64,000 nt of DNA from Oopsacas minuta (GCA_024704765.1 JAKMXF010000099.1:62001-126000), one strand, 5' to 3'; numbered from the stretch's first letter, positions 23,050-37,299 are shown. Made by a program: numbers and translations. The notes: generated by a model not told the origin, from the sequence alone.

Positions 23050-25840
23050 CAGTGCTGTTATCCAAAAATTTAAAGTGAGGGAGCACTAAATGCTCACTCG
23101 AATTTAGTTCAGCTGAGTCTAATAATTTGCTTAGCAATTAATAGTGAAAAATACGCGCTATAAATCACTATTAGAGATAGGAATTGTTGTTTGTTTATTA
23201 AACACTAAAACTAAAATCCAATATCTAAAAATACTTCCAAACTGGATTTTCTTCTAAAGTTAGAGGTTTTCTCTTTATTCGGGTATCCAAAGCACCGCGT
23301 TGATGTCTTAACCAAGACAGAGCATAATGACTGGGATTCCAAGAAGAAAGTGGCGGGCCATTAAGTTTAATGAATAATAGTGAAGATACATGAGATACGA
23401 GTAGCGATGCTCGTCTATCCACTATAATGATATTCATGTGACCAACACCACGTTCACACTCTGCTGTGCTACATGGAATCAATTGAGTACAATTATCAAA
23501 TGGCTGAGAGCAGATGGCATATGTGTTTCTAGATTTTCATAATAATCACAAAAAGCATTAACATGTTGAGCTACTTCTAGGCCAAATCAAGTACACATAC
23601 TTTTAATTTCTGTTTCACCATATCCAAGTATATTTGTTATAGACCAACTATCTTTATTTACAGTATTGAATTCGTTATGAGAGTATTGTACAACCTTTCA
23701 CCGGTAGCAGTAGGAGATCTGGAAAATGTTGTGATAAACAATCTGTCATTCATCCGCTTAATAAGAATTTCAAGAAATTTCATCTTATCGATAGGTACAA
23801 TTTTTGCATTATGAATCAACTGAATGTTATGGAATTCTAGAGAAATTACTGCTTCCTGAGCTTCAAGGGAATTAAGGCCTGATGTACATCTAAACATTCT
23901 AAGGTCTAATTGACCTATGAATTAACTTATCTGCACTTACAATTGTTATCGCTCGATCTTGCAGCATTTGTGAGAGGCTTGATAATTCGCCAAGAGTATC
24001 CAACATTAGAGCAAGATCGACAATAAATTCGGGAGAACTCATACGCCTCAAAAGACCAAGAAAAGTGGATTTATCCTTTGAATTTCTTTGTGGATCTTTC
24101 AGATGCTTTCTTAAAATGAACACATAACGACTGAAAATTATTCTATACAGCTGATACGGTTCGAAAAGAACTCGTAACCCATCGAGTGTCCAAAATACGA
24201 CCAATTTCTTAAGTTGGTCTTCCAAAATTCGAGAACATGCTGCCAGTTCTCGTTGATTCTTCGATGAACGACTGTAAAGTGAAAATATTTTGTCGAAGAA
24301 TATCTGAAGATTGTTAATTAATGTCACCTCATTAATCACATCATGAATTGAAAGTTCTAAACGATGGTTTAAACAATGCCATACAATTAGTCTGGGATAT
24401 TTCGCAAGTAATTTAGTTGAGACACTAGATTTATTCCCAAGCATGACACTTGCACCATCACTTGCAAAGCTTATAAGATTCTCACTCAAATAATCATCAT
24501 CAAAGCCATTTCTACTTGGACAATTCAATATTGCTGTAGTGATTGATTCAGCTGATTGTTCAAATAGTTCTAGAAGCTCCAAGTACAAGAAGTGAGGACT
24601 TTCTAGCTTTGAAAATTCACATTTCATATATATTATCAAGGTCGTTGTATTTGATAAAGTTGTAGACTCGTCAACTAAGATTGAAATTTTACCATTAACT
24701 TCTTGAATTCTGATACAAACTTTCTGCGCTTTTCTAGTGCAATTTCATCAATCATGGTAGTTGAAGTGCCCCGTGAATGCTAAGAAATACCAAGATTTGA
24801 TCCATTCAACGTCTGGAGCTCAATTAGATCTGGGTGGATAGAATAGGGTCTATCATTTTTCGCGATATAATAAGCTGTTCGCAAAACTTTCATTGTGATT
24901 TCAAGGTGGGAGTTAATTAATACATCAGTCATTTTTTCAAATTGTTGCAAACTAGCTTCTTCCAAAACTTTTTTGGCCCTACTGTGGGCACAAGATAGCA
25001 TTGTTTCGATATTTTTTCCTAAGCAATCTCTACTCCGAAAGTCTTGAATTGTCAGTAGAAGATACTGTACAACCTGACCAATTTGCTGAGATCGATACGC
25101 CTTTGCTCTTTTTCAAGCCAAGTGATAAAACTTCTTACAAATTGAACAATCTAGTTTGCCACTCTTCCAAAACAGCCAAAGATACGTTTTCTTTTTTCTA
25201 ACCATTGGTTTGTTGAATAAATAGTTGGAATATCAGAATGTACTTCCTTGCTTGAAATGTTATATTCACTAATGGATGCTTCAGTATTCTGAGGGATAAG
25301 TTCGACCAGATGAAAGGTGTCCGTATGAAATTGTGTACTAGACGCTGAATTGGTCATAAGAAGACTAGAAGATTATTTAGCATTTTGTAATGTAAATGGT
25401 TGATGGGTTGGGTGAGCTGAAGAGGTGTGTACCTCCTTATGACTATCATACGTTTGATCTGGTATAAGAGACAGTTCAGTCGAATCTGGATTATATACAA
25501 TTTGAGTAGCTTCTTTGGGTACTTTAGAAAATATTTCTCAAGAATACGTTTTTTCTGTCCATTGCAAGATAAAAATCTTTAATTATGATACCACAAGTAT
25601 CTAAAAATGACAAATGAGAACAAATATATAATACGTATACCACGATAAGATAAAATTCTATTGTTGTATTAAAGAAATATTCAACTTGTGGTAAATCAAT
25701 AATTTAAACTAGGTTCTTTCAGGATTTCACACAAAAAAATAAGCGCGCTCCCTCTAAGAAGGAGCGCCCACCCTAATATAAAAGGTATAGGGGCGCGTCC
25801 CCCCCGCGCCACCCACTGTAACAACATGGTTCCGCCTCTA
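23050..25840 (-). pseudogene. hAT (ZNF862-like) transposase element, decayed
   Basis: ISILVDEST, ISFASDGASVMLG, WHCLNHRLELSIHD and the dimerisation motif IPCSTAECERG; hAT-like end TAGAGGCGGAACCA at 25827-25840; the other boundary is approximate. Confidence 0.9.
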
Positions 25841-25930
25841 GTAACAGGTCAAGTCAAAACCTATGCATGGTATCTTAAAATATAGATAGTAAAACTATCA
25901 TTTTTATCACTATGTACTAGAATATTGTTG

Positions 25931-26066
25931 AGCTATAGTATAGTACAGTTTTTGCAACACAAAACCTCATATCCTCATTCGAAAAGGTGACTTTCATTAA
26001 TCCGAAAAATGACCTTTCCTCGAAGATAGAACAGCTAATACACAAAAACTGTGCTATAGTATAGCT
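25931..26066. mobile_element. 136-bp MITE
   Basis: AGCTATA.TATAG.ACAGTTTTTG inverted at both ends. Confidence 0.75.
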
Positions 26067-26655
26067 GAGCTATACATAAGTTTTTTGAATATTGTTGACG
26101 TATATCAAAATTATACTTCGGAAAGAGAAACCTGAATATATAAATATACGTACTGGAAATCCCTCTCTGCTGATTTACACAGCAAAATATTTATGCTTTA
26201 GGAGTTTAGGTTATTGGGCTCACATAATCAGTAATTTTATCTCAACTAGAATCCATGACAAATATGTTAAGGCCCTGTGCAATACAATAGAACAATTTGA
26301 AAAAATACCCGTACTATCGGCTGATATATAAGTCAGGCTTGCCAAATGCCAACTTTCCCTATTTTCCCAATTGTATTTGAAATCCAAAGCGATTAATTTA
26401 GCGAGATGACAGATTTCTGAAACTTAAGTGACACCAGTAACCTCTAGTTTTGTTCATCCATGTGTGAGCCTTAATGTTGTAAAATATTCCGAAGGCACGC
26501 ATTAAAACTCAACCCGGCGACCTGCCTGACTCTCTACGGCCCTCCATAATACCCAAGAATTCGAGTGAGAAAAAATTCTAAGTAATTATGGGACATACTA
26601 TATAGACTATTTGTTAGTACTAAGGCTACATGAAACCAGGAGCATGCTCTCAGGC

Positions 26656-26817
26656 CAGGGGCGGTCCCAGGATTTTGCATAGCCTGGGTCAAGGCTGGAG
26701 CAAAATCTTATTATATCATGGGCAGTGGTGATCTGAGGATCTGGCAAAACTGGGCCAAGATTTTCAAATCCGGGGCAAATGTCCTGTTTTGCAGCCCCCT
26801 CCCTAGGACCGTCACTG
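26656..26817. mobile_element. 162-bp hAT MITE just upstream of the VPS50 ATG
   Basis: TIRs CAGGGGCGGTCCCAGG / CCTAGGACCGTCACTG; degenerate 8-bp flanks TCTCAGGC / ACTTAGGG. Confidence 0.75.
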
Positions 26818-26930
26818 ACTTAGGGTCTAAGGAGCGTGTTCTCAGGGAATTTTAATATTTTCTGTTTGATAATTAGTGAATTTATTATGATCTATTATTT
26901 CCGACAAACACCTAGAATATTTAAGACCTT

Positions 26931-27139
26931 ATGTTTAAAAACTTGTTCAAACTTGGAAAGGATTCAAGTGTATCTGATCCCGTTGTTTTAGAGAAATATG
27001 AAGATGAAAAAGGATCATCCCAGGGATCTCATATGAAAGTAGAAGATAACGGAAGCCTGATACCGAATTTGAGTAGTCTTGCATCGAAACTATCCTATAC
27101 TCAAGATGAAGTTGTGTCTATAATTGAGAGTATTCACAG
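26931..27139 (+). CDS. VPS50: VPS50/syndetin (EARP subunit) exon 1 of 5
   Basis: MFKNLFK...QDEVVSIIESIH(R). Donor CACAG|GTTCAT, phase 2, joins exon 2 in frame to give IESIHRKYF (cf. human INSIEQVYF, from memory). Confidence 0.75.
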
Positions 27140-27374
27140 GTTCATATTATTTGTACACACAAAGTATCAACACCATCATTTGATTGATACCCTTCGATAA
27201 TCAAATTTATAAGTGTTTCTATCATGCTGTGGTTCACAAATATTCTGTTTGAATCACATATTCCACATCTAGAAAATATTTCCAGGTGAAATAGGTCATG
27301 CTATTGCCTAATAGACTGATATTTTTGTAAAAATTCACCAGAGCTGGGGTTTGATCCTTGTTTGTACCGAATAT

Positions 27375-27750
27375 AGGGCGCGGTTAAACCTTTTCGATAA
27401 TAGCGTTTAACCGGTACCGCTGTAAGTATTCTTTAGTATAATCAATGGAGTTTCGTAATACACACGAATTCGGCTAGTTAGGTATTTTGAGATGTATATT
27501 AAGTTCCATAATACTTAATTTCAATAGTTTTTTAAATAGAATCGCATCACGATTGCATATATAATAGCTATGTATTGATATTTTCAATTTTTGTATATTT
27601 TCTTACTTCTTAAAACCTGAGGAATTATGAATAAATCTTTGGAAATGATGCTATTCGGTTAACGGTTAACCGAATGATTTATTCCTAGCATTAACTGCAT
27701 ATAGCGGCGGTTACCCTGCTAACCAGCTAACCGCTAACCGAACCCGACCT
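27375..27750. mobile_element. Degenerate hAT-like MITE rich in GGTTAAC/AACCG motifs
   Basis: TAGGGCGCGGTT start and clustered CGGTTAAC / TAACCG repeats; no TSD. Confidence 0.45.
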
Positions 27751-28006
27751 TGAATTCTCTAAATTCGAATCACTGTAAAACGCAATATGAAGAATGATCT
27801 TTGATTTGAATTTCAAATCTGAAACTATCTAAATATATTTTTACATTAAAATTCACTAATTGTCATAATGAAGTTGGCTCGTTCCTGATTTTCAGTTCTG
27901 ACCATGGATGACACGTGTTTGTATATATCCATTGTAGCCAAGTTTCATCCAGACTCTGACGGCCATCTATACTAATTAAACGCAGTTAACCTTATTTGCG
28001 TCTTTG

Positions 28007-28847
28007 CAGGGCCGTGTGAGCCTAATTTTACCTAACTTGGTCAAACCTAATAAGAGTAAACATCAGGACTCCCAATGAGTTATGACTATTCTCTGAGTCA
28101 TGAGATATACTGAGTAAAATATTATTCTATTATTAATGCACAGTAATTTTTTAAAATGATCCGATATTTAATTCAAAACCGCAGTTATTTAATAGAACAA
28201 ACAAGTGATATCGATATGGTCATATTCTTATCGATTTAATTACATGCGAATATATTTATGTATACGAGCCTTTGGCTCGTCGCTTCGCGATGAACTCAAC
28301 GCATTGCGCCTCGAGGTATCCATTATTCTCCAAATTGACGGCCCTTTAAGTAGTATAATATATATAGGACAATGTAATTTACAAATATATGTATATGGCA
28401 TGTATATTATTGAATTATTTCGTAAGATTAACCCCCTTTGTAGCCGTTGAGAGGAAGGATCTACGTAAACTTTGAGATTTTGCTAATTTGTTTCCGTATA
28501 TTCATAAAAACAACAATAAATTTACATATGAATACCTTGAAAATGCGAAATTCGGATTCAGCGTACTTAGTTACCCCATTTGTAGCCGTTTAGAGCAAGC
28601 CTCTACATAGTTGTGCGACCATTTCAAAATTGCATACCGTAAATCCTTTCCTTGACAACGGACATACAAACAGACATACAATCATTGAGATTTACTTTAT
28701 AGATTACCAACTATCTAGATTCTACATGTAGCCACTATTTTCAGTGCACACCTGGCCTTATATCAGGTGGTGACCTGGTCAAAACCTAGTCTGGTAAATC
28801 TCTGCCCAGGTTGTACCTGGTCAGATTGCATTACTTGCACGGCCCTG
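28007..28847. mobile_element. hAT-like MITE inside the H2 microsatellite; itself contains an H1 copy
   Basis: CAGGGCCGTG / CACGGCCCTG termini; no clean TSD. Confidence 0.65.
28265..28703 (-). mobile_element. Helitron-like H1 copy
   Basis: On the - strand: A|TCTATAAAGTAAATCTC ... GAGCCAAAGGCTCG|T. Confidence 0.8.
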
Positions 28848-29724
28848 ACATGTGTGTATATATATATGTTTGTATGTCCGGAATTGATTGAAGAAACAGG
28901 AGAACCCCCAGGGCTGATTTTTGGCATACAGGAGTATTTTGGGCATGGCTTGGAGATTTTGAGTCCTGGAGAAAAGTTCACGCCTATGATGAACTTATGA
29001 CGTAAAACCACTGCTCAGCCAATATACATGATAGAAGATTGATATTTGAATCACAGTATCCCTCAATATGACTAATGTCCTGACGTTATGATTCTGACCA
29101 AAAGCTAACTCCCCCGGGGTAATACTTCACCATGACAGTACGGAAACATTTAGGATTTTCAATACCCGAGGCACGAAGTGCGAGATTACTAATCAAAAGC
29201 GACATAGCATCTCCAGTATCACCACAACATTCAATGTAATTTGGATGGACCATGGATAACGTTGTGTTAAAATTTTAACGATTCTGTGAATTAATGGCAC
29301 GTAGTGCGGTATATATTCTGTTGCGTAGCGTCCAATAATAATTTTAAATTTACCTGTTTAATTTATTCTTAAGCCAACCTGGAGCACTAAGCTGTCTCGC
29401 AGCGACCTAACAAGCGAAGCGCGCTAGTACGCCTAAAAGTGCATTCATTGTTTTCGAAACGCTACAATTGTTGTCTAATCAGGATGACCATATATAGTAC
29501 ATTTCCCTATACCCTTGTAATAATTATGGTTTGGTACCTCTTAAGAACTGCTATGTGAGTATGGTGTGGGAAGTTGGGTATGTACATTTATTATTGGCTA
29601 TCCTGAATAGCTCATATTTGTAACGATCATAGAGCTGCAAGTGGATATTGGCAAGCCCACTCATGGTCAGAACTGTACCAACCAAGTTTATTATGAAAAT
29701 GATTTCTATATTGTATAATATTAT

Positions 29725-30531
29725 TAGGGCATCAGGATCTTTCGATCAATGATCGGATGATCCGGATCTAGATACTTTTTGACGATCGGAAGAGGATCAA
29801 TTTTAAAAAATAGGATCGTGATCAGGATCGTTTGATAATTTTCTGAAAAGATCCCAATCCTTCCAATTATCTACAAGAATTGGTACTATATTCGTAATTA
29901 AGACTAACCAGCATAAGTTGTTACTAACCCGAAACTCTCAATTCAATCCATAGACCTATACTTTTATTTAATTCGCTCCATGATCCATAATCCAAAAAGA
30001 TTAGTAGAATAACAACGCACCATCGTAACCTGTTTCTTGTATTTATCAATTGTTATCATTGCAACTTTATGTATTTCTCAGATTGTAACTAATGTGGGAT
30101 TTACATATATTTCTATCGTTTATTTTACTACATTTGCCTGAAAAACTGTTAGGAAATACCTGTTTCGGCAGTAGGTAGAATCAAAGTTGTTACTATATAT
30201 GTATATTTACGTATAGAAGACGCGTAAATATACTATTTTCCGTATAGTTGAGTGGCTCAAACACCTAAATGGAATCACTTGAATTTAAATTGGTATTACT
30301 TTTTGAAATTATGTACATGCCGAAAATGTATATGAATAAATAGATAATCATATCATATAGTCGAAACTTCTTGTTATTGTTCATCAATTAGAGGATCGCA
30401 AATTAGATAGTGATTGGATCTTAGATCCTTTTAGAATTTAGGATCGGAACCGGGAACGCCGATCATAATTTCAGCAGGATCAATCAGGATCGGGATTTCG
30501 ATCCTTCAATTGAGGATCGTCTAATGCCCTA
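29725..30531. mobile_element. hAT MITE (807 bp) with GATC-rich subterminal repeats
   Basis: TAGGGCAT / ATGCCCTA termini; perfect 8-bp TSD AATATTAT. Confidence 0.92.
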
Positions 30532-30681
30532 AATATTATATTTCATGTTTGAACTTCAAAGATTAATATCAAGCATTTACTGTGATTCAAAGTTAGAACA
30601 TTTTCTTCCAACCTATTAATTTATTAGGCGCTCACATGACTTTTTTTGGCCCGGAAAATTTTCTATATGTGGAGTGTGTGA

Positions 30682-31315
30682 CCGGCGAGCTTCGCTTGCT
30701 AGGTCGCTGCGCCACAGCTTAGTACTTCAGGTAAGATTAATATTAAACAGCTAAATTTTATATTGGTTTTGGTCGCTACGCGACAGAATATACTCCACAA
30801 AACGTGCCTCAAATTCACAGAATAGTTAAATTTTCAGATTATATTATCCATGTTCCATCCAAATTTGACATTGGATATGCTATGTCGCTTTGGCTACTAA
30901 TCTCGACACTTCGTGCATCTGTATTACGAATTTCTGGAATTCTTTAGTTTTTGTACAGTCACGATGTCGTAATAATCCCATGATAAGTTAGCTTTTGGTC
31001 AGTATCATTACGTTAGGACATTTGTCACATTGAGGGGTACCTGTGATTCAAATTTCAAACTTCTATCATGTATATTGGCTGAGCAGTGGTTAATAATGTG
31101 ATTTTTCAAGACTCCAAGGTGATAATTACGTCATAACTTCGTCCTGGTTGTGATTTCGTCCAAGCCTCGAAATTGTCCGAGCCATGCCCAACATGCCCCT
31201 GTATCCCAATAATCAGCCTGGAGTCTTCCAGTTTCTCCAATCAATTCTTGACATGCAAACATATATATACACACACATACATACACACAGATAAATTGCG
31301 TTTTAATAATATAGA
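30682..31315 (-). mobile_element. Helitron-like H2 copy, apparently complete
   Basis: On the - strand: A|TCTATATTATTAAAACGCAA, (TG/TA)n, ... GCGACCTAGCAAGCGAAGCTCGCCGG|T. Confidence 0.8.
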
Positions 31316-32126
31316 TTAGTGAAACTTGATAATTGTTACACTAAAATTCTTCATTTTATTCGTTATTTGTACACGAATGATCTACCATGCTCTTCTTACT
31401 TCTTCGTGCCCAGAAACATATTGTTGGTTCCAGTCCTTACATTCATAGTTGACGCTTAGACTCGAAAAATCTTCTTTCCATATACTTATTAGTTAAATCA
31501 TTGGCTTTTCTTTGTGATAACAATTTATGTCTAGTGATGATTGATTGACATTTATTCGATACTTGATTGTTGTATACCTTCCTAGTATTTATTCATGACT
31601 AATTGCTGTATAATCCGTACTATAAGCTCGCGTATAGGTTTGCTACAGAGAAGTTGTTATTTTAAGGATGTTTTATTACTTCAAATCCCCAAAAATCTAC
31701 ATTGTAAATTAGGTCACCGAGCGATTAAATCGCCCAATTGTTGAAAAGAAAAATTTCAAATATCAGGTGCACAACTAGATGTCACTACGAGTAGACATCC
31801 ATTTTCGTGTTTTAATCCTTAAAGGTGTGAACAGGACAGCATATATTTGTATATGCCAAGTCATAGTCTACTCTACTATAAGGCCTGTCAACCTCTTGTG
31901 AATTCTGGACCAGGAATTAGGTTGGAGATGAAGGTATTTTACGTGTTGGTTCAATATTGCAGAAACGGTGCATTTTGCCCAAATTGTATTGCCATAGCCT
32001 ACTAAACATAGGGCATAATAATATCTTGAAATTTTGGCTCCAGGCGTGCAGTATTAGCTCAAAGCATTACAGACATGGTTTCTTTATTCCAGGAAAATGC
32101 ATTTTTGCCTCAATGATGCATTAGAT

Positions 32127-33168
32127 CAGTGCTTCTCAAACTTTTCTATGTCACGGCCCAAAAATTTCTTCATCACAATTCCAAGGACCCCTGCTTTTTG
32201 GTCTAATTTTAGTAAATATAATTTGTTATTATTGTTGTATTATATCAGTGTTTTCAATTAACTCATCTTCATCAGAACCCAAATTGTCTTGACAATCTGT
32301 GTAGAGCCTATTACTCTTAGTTAAGTAAGTTTCTATTGTCCTCGCTTTCGTTTGGCAAAAATTTCTTTTTCAACGATACCAAATTAATAACTAAAATAAT
32401 AATCGATATTAGAAAGGGCCGCAAGCAATTGTCCGAATTTTAAAGTATACATCTGTCCGACTGAAGTATGTATTTGTTCGACTAAAGGAAGGCCTGAATG
32501 AAGGAAACAGGAACAAACTAGTAACGGGTAAAATTCTTTGGCTCAGTATTAAGTGAGAATGAAAGCCAAAACTTGTACAACGAGAATACTAGTACCTAAT
32601 GACAGTAAATCCTATCCTGTGATTTGTAGTGATGAAAATCTCATTAATCAGGGCAATATTTACAACATTGGCAGTCCATCTAGTTAAATGCGGCACTAGA
32701 AACGATGAAATCGTCACTAAACTTGAATAGAAATCACGGGAAGTCAATTCCCCCTGGGAAAATGCGAAAATATCCCAATTCCCAATTTTCAACAGGAATA
32801 ATCAATTATACGAGAAATAGGCCATCCTGAGAGCAATGTGAATTGAAATACTGAATCGACATATTTCTGGTATACTGAAGACACCTTGAGTAAATGCCAC
32901 CTATCAATTATTAGTGACAAAATATCATATGAATGACAATGCTTGCTTCTGTCAGGCAATGCATACTATGAAATTCGGACAAATGCATACTACAAAATTC
33001 GGACAAATGCAGCTCTCCCATTAGCAAAGGTATAATCTGTTTAAAAAGTATCTATTGAATTTCTACCCATTCTTAATACAGGATGAGTGTTGTATTTAAC
33101 GCTCTATAAAATTTTTTCGTATATCACTTTCCATAACCGTTCCGCGGACCCCAGTTTGAGAACCACTG
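32127..33168. mobile_element. hAT (Charlie-like) non-autonomous element, 1042 bp
   Basis: TIR CAGTG(C/G)TTCTCAAAC; perfect 8-bp TSD CATTAGAT. Confidence 0.93.
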
Positions 33169-33487
33169 CATTAGATTTTTGTAGGAGATCAAATTTTATA
33201 CAAAATTATTTCAGAAATGTATCAAAATATGTTTATTAAGCACTTATTTAGTAATATATATCATTCTTCGATGCCTTGTAGAACGTTAAATATTGCATTT
33301 TATCAACTCAAAGTGAATAAATGAAATGATCTATAGATACTTTTATACAATATGCCCAAAGTTTGCTCGTTGTTGACTTACAGTAGAGACCATGGATGAC
33401 GAATTTTTATAAAAACTCAATTTTCACTCGAGAATCTTTAAGATTATGGTAGAACCAGAATAACCAATTTATACTAAATATAGTTAA

Positions 33488-33718
33488 AGGACAAAAGTAT
33501 TCGATCACTTCAGAATTTCAAATATTTGCTATATTTTTATTCGCCCATGTAACTAAGATATTCTTATACCTTGATATCCGTCAATCTACATAAATGAATC
33601 TTGTTCACACTTATTCTCTGCTTTATAACTAATAGTTATTTTATACATGAGATTAATTAGATTTTAGTTTGGTATACTTAGTACTAAATACGGTAAGTGG
33701 TCGAATACTTTTTGTCCT
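33488..33718. mobile_element. TTAA-flanked AGG-terminus MITE (T2/Kolobok-like)
   Basis: TTAA|AGGACAAAAGTATTCGA ... TCGAATACTTTTTGTCCT|TTAA. Confidence 0.8.
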
Positions 33719-33725
33719 TTAACAG

Positions 33726-33878
33726 TATACCCGACTTTCTATACCCTTGTGATACATTTTGATATGCATTAATTGAATAATAGTGCGCAATCTTGAAAAT
33801 GACCATAAATGGGCATCGTCACATTGGTACGATGTATCATATCAAAATGTATTACAAAAGTATGGGAAGTCGGGTATA
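33726..33878. mobile_element. Small palindromic element, related to the core of the 55548-56661 foldback
   Basis: TATACCCGACTT / AAGTCGGGTATA; core GATACATTTTGATATG..CGCAATCTTGAAAAT.ACCATA..CATATCAAAATGTATTAC is shared with about 37810-37910 and 56130-56260. Confidence 0.7.
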
Positions 33879-35015
33879 TAGCTTAAATTGGCTTGTCTGA
33901 TTTTACCATAATTTTAACGATTCTCGGGTTATAATTGAAATTTCTAAAATTTGTCATCCATCGTCTCCAACATACTCAAGAACGAGCCTACTTGTTTGTA
34001 TATTGCAAATTTGTATATTTTGTATATTTAAAAATATTTAGAGATCATTTAATATATTCACTTGTTGAACAAATGAACTATTTTATGTTATATAAGTCAT
34101 CAAAGACTAGGATAATTTACTAAATAAATGCTTGCTAGACACACATTTTGGAACCTGCCTTAAATACTTCTGCATACTGCAGAGCCTCGTTAATACGAAC
34201 ACAGCTATGACATTACTCTGTATAAGGAATACAAATTTGCACACTTTATTCGTCGACTTCGATGCCTTTATATTGTAAATTAGTTCAGATACTACGTACT
34301 CTGGATAAGTAGTACGAATTTTCGCACTCCCCCAGTGTAAGTATCAACGGGGCTCTAATGTATATCGGTATAAAATATCCTGTAATTATCTTATACATAT
34401 ATTCAGGTAAAAATACACTGTTTCTGCAATAAAGAAATGAATTATATAGATGCTTTCAGTGTGACATACGCAACATAAGGCCTAGGCACAATAACAACTA
34501 TGATTTAATAAGGGTAATCATACTTGGCGACCTTCACTGGACTCCTGGATTATCCCGGGAATTGACATGATATCCAAGGAAAAAGTTAATAAATCTAGGG
34601 ATAATATAGATATATCTCACAATTGTTGACAAAATATTGAAAAATTCATATTATTTGCATATTAAATTAGAAATCAAGGTCAAGATTTGAAAATCCCGGG
34701 ATTTCGAGATAAATATCCAACGAAATAGTTAGATTCAAGGTCAATGCTTTATATTATTTATCTCAAGTGATCGAGTGATATTTTTGTACCTACAAATATA
34801 TAATACATTTATTCGGGCTAAAATGCACACTTCATTAAATATTGAATTTCCTAAATACAGTATATAAAATGCATAGCCCATGTTACTTATCCCTGGTCAC
34901 AATTTTATTATGGTGTCTAGGCTTTATCTTACGTAGGTCATATTGCATCCCTGGTTCCTTTACTGTTAGTCCATATATTTTTAATGCAATGGTTGATGTA
35001 AATTTTGCCAGACGT

Positions 35016-35660
35016 CACTATTGAATAAGTCATAGACTCCTTAAATAGAAGGGCTACTATTTGGCAATATCGAGTCCTGGAACTTGGGCCCATTAGCACT
35101 TCGTAATTGTTTAAGATAGACGCATAACATGTATTATTGTCGAATAGGAAGGCATAGTTAGGGAGTCTATTGGTCATATTATTATTCCAAAATATTTGTG
35201 GAATGTGAGTTATGTGGTGTTTACACAACAAGTATCTGAATACATTCATTCGGGCAAAAGTACACTGTGTCTGAAATATATACTCCAGCATAATCCAAAA
35301 CTGGTTTAACATATCGCTGCGCCATTGCCTAGTGTATAGATTGATATGGGTGAACAAACATGACCCACAGATTCACTATATGTGAATTCCTAATCAAATA
35401 TAATACATTTAGTCCATATACTTTGGAATAATTACTAGATGTAAACTATATAACAATAGTAGGAAAAGGTGTGAACACCGCATAACTCCCATTCCATAAA
35501 TATTTTTGAAAAATTATATGACCAATAGACTCCCTAACTATGAAGTCCTATTCGATAATAATACTTTTTATGTGCCTAACCTTAACCAATTGAGAAGTTC
35601 CAATGGACCCGAGATTGTCAGATATTAGTCCTTCTATTTAAGGAGTCTCTGAAATCAGTA
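35016..35660. repeat. Foldback element with about 200-bp inverted arms
   Basis: GACTCCTTAAATAGAAGG and CATAGTTAGGGAGTCTATTGGTCATA (35035-35230) are mirrored at 35468-35647. Confidence 0.85.
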
Positions 35661-36181
35661 ATATATCATGGTTATCAAGTTATTTCGAAAATTTTGCGTT
35701 TTGGGATACCCCGGACGAGCGAGTGTTGCAAACCAGAAGAAATTTTGTCTTAGTCCAGTGATTGATGTCACACTCTTAGCAACAATAATTAGGTACATTA
35801 ATATTGGTTACTGCGCTACATTCACTTCCTCAGGTCCAGCTCTGCATCACCTAGCATCAAACGCTGGCCGCGCAACTTTTGGCAGGTATGCATTAGCTTC
35901 GAGAAGTGTCGGCAGGGGGCTAATCCCCGAGACCTGGGTCAAGCCCCCTTGAGCACCCCAATTGTAGCCTCGGTTGAGCCATGTTGCTACGAAAATAAGC
36001 CTTTATACCTTGAAGATAACTGAAAGATTATTCTACATTAACAGTTAATTCAGGACAAACTAAAATAATATTTGATAATATCGTGATATTCGATAAATGT
36101 GGCAATAATTCTGTCACAAAATATTTGGTACAAAGTTTGATTATATTTTAGTTTTTAATTCTGATGCTATACTATACTATA

Positions 36182-36745
36182 CGACCTTTGGCTCGCCGCT
36201 TCGCGATAAATTCGGCGCATTGCGACTCGAGGTATTTCAACGGATAAACAAACAGACAAATAACAATGAGATTTAATAATTTTGATGTTGTTTACAATAT
36301 TCAGACTCAGCATACTCGGGTATACCAGTATAGGCGTTGAAACTATGATTCTACCTCAATTTTGAAATTTGTTTACTTTATATGTCAAATGAAAACAAAT
36401 ATTCACATTATATTGTTTTCAATACCATATTTGGTCTCAGCATACACGATTACCTCAGTATTACCATTGAAAGCATGTTTCTACAACAATTTTTGATTTT
36501 GTTTACTTTATCTACCTAAAGTAAACAAATATTCACAATATATTGTTTTCAATACCATATTCGAACTCAGCATGCTCGATTACTCCAGTATACTCGTTAA
36601 AGTATTCTACCTCAATATTGAAAATTGTTTACTTTATATTCATAAAAACAACAATACATTTGCATATGAGAAACTTGAAAATGCGAAATTCGGATTCAGC
36701 GTACTTGATTACCCCTGGGTAGCCGTTTAGAGCAAACCTGTATGT
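36182..36745 (-). mobile_element. Helitron-like H1 copy with three about 130-bp internal units, 5' truncated; abuts an H2 3' fragment (about 36750-36884, +, ends CTAG|T)
   Basis: TTTGTTTACTTTA units near 36368, 36498 and 36625. Confidence 0.75.
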
Positions 36746-37299
36746 ATATTTTTAGAATTTCTTAATACACAAGGCACATAGTCCCGAGTATTTTCCTTCG
36801 CGTAGCGACAATAAGCACTGAGAAATATAGCTGTTAATACTTAGGCTGAATCGCCGCAGCGACCTAGCAAGCGAAGTGCGCTAGTATATACAGATTTGGT
36901 TTAATAGAGAAAACAGAAGCGAAGCATCTCCCCGTTTTTTGGTTCAAAGATAAATATCCGCCTTAGACCGAGCTTTAGTGAAACCTGCTCATTTGGACTT
37001 TTCTTAAATTTTCTGGAAATTTTCCGAAGTTGTATATATTGTTTTAGAATTTTATGTGAATTTATTTTTGATATTTGTCATTGCAATTGTGCTAATTGAT
37101 ATAATGAATTTTCAAAAATTGATAAAAATTCCTGCATTTCGCAGGTATTTTCCCCAGTTTTTGACCATAGATTGGTTGTTTTACTTCTGGAACTCCGCAT
37201 TACTTGACTTACAACTGACATGTTTTCATAGCACCATAGATACCTACTTGATGTCTATATTTTTGGATAAATGGTCCAAACAAGTGAGATTTCTTTTCC

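Larger units (their letters stand above)
27966..29427 (+). mobile_element. Helitron-like H2 copy interrupted by a hAT-like MITE
   Basis: A|TCTATACTAATTAAACGCA start; body resumes at 28848; ends GCGACCTAACAAGCGAAGCGCGCTAG|T. Confidence 0.75.
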
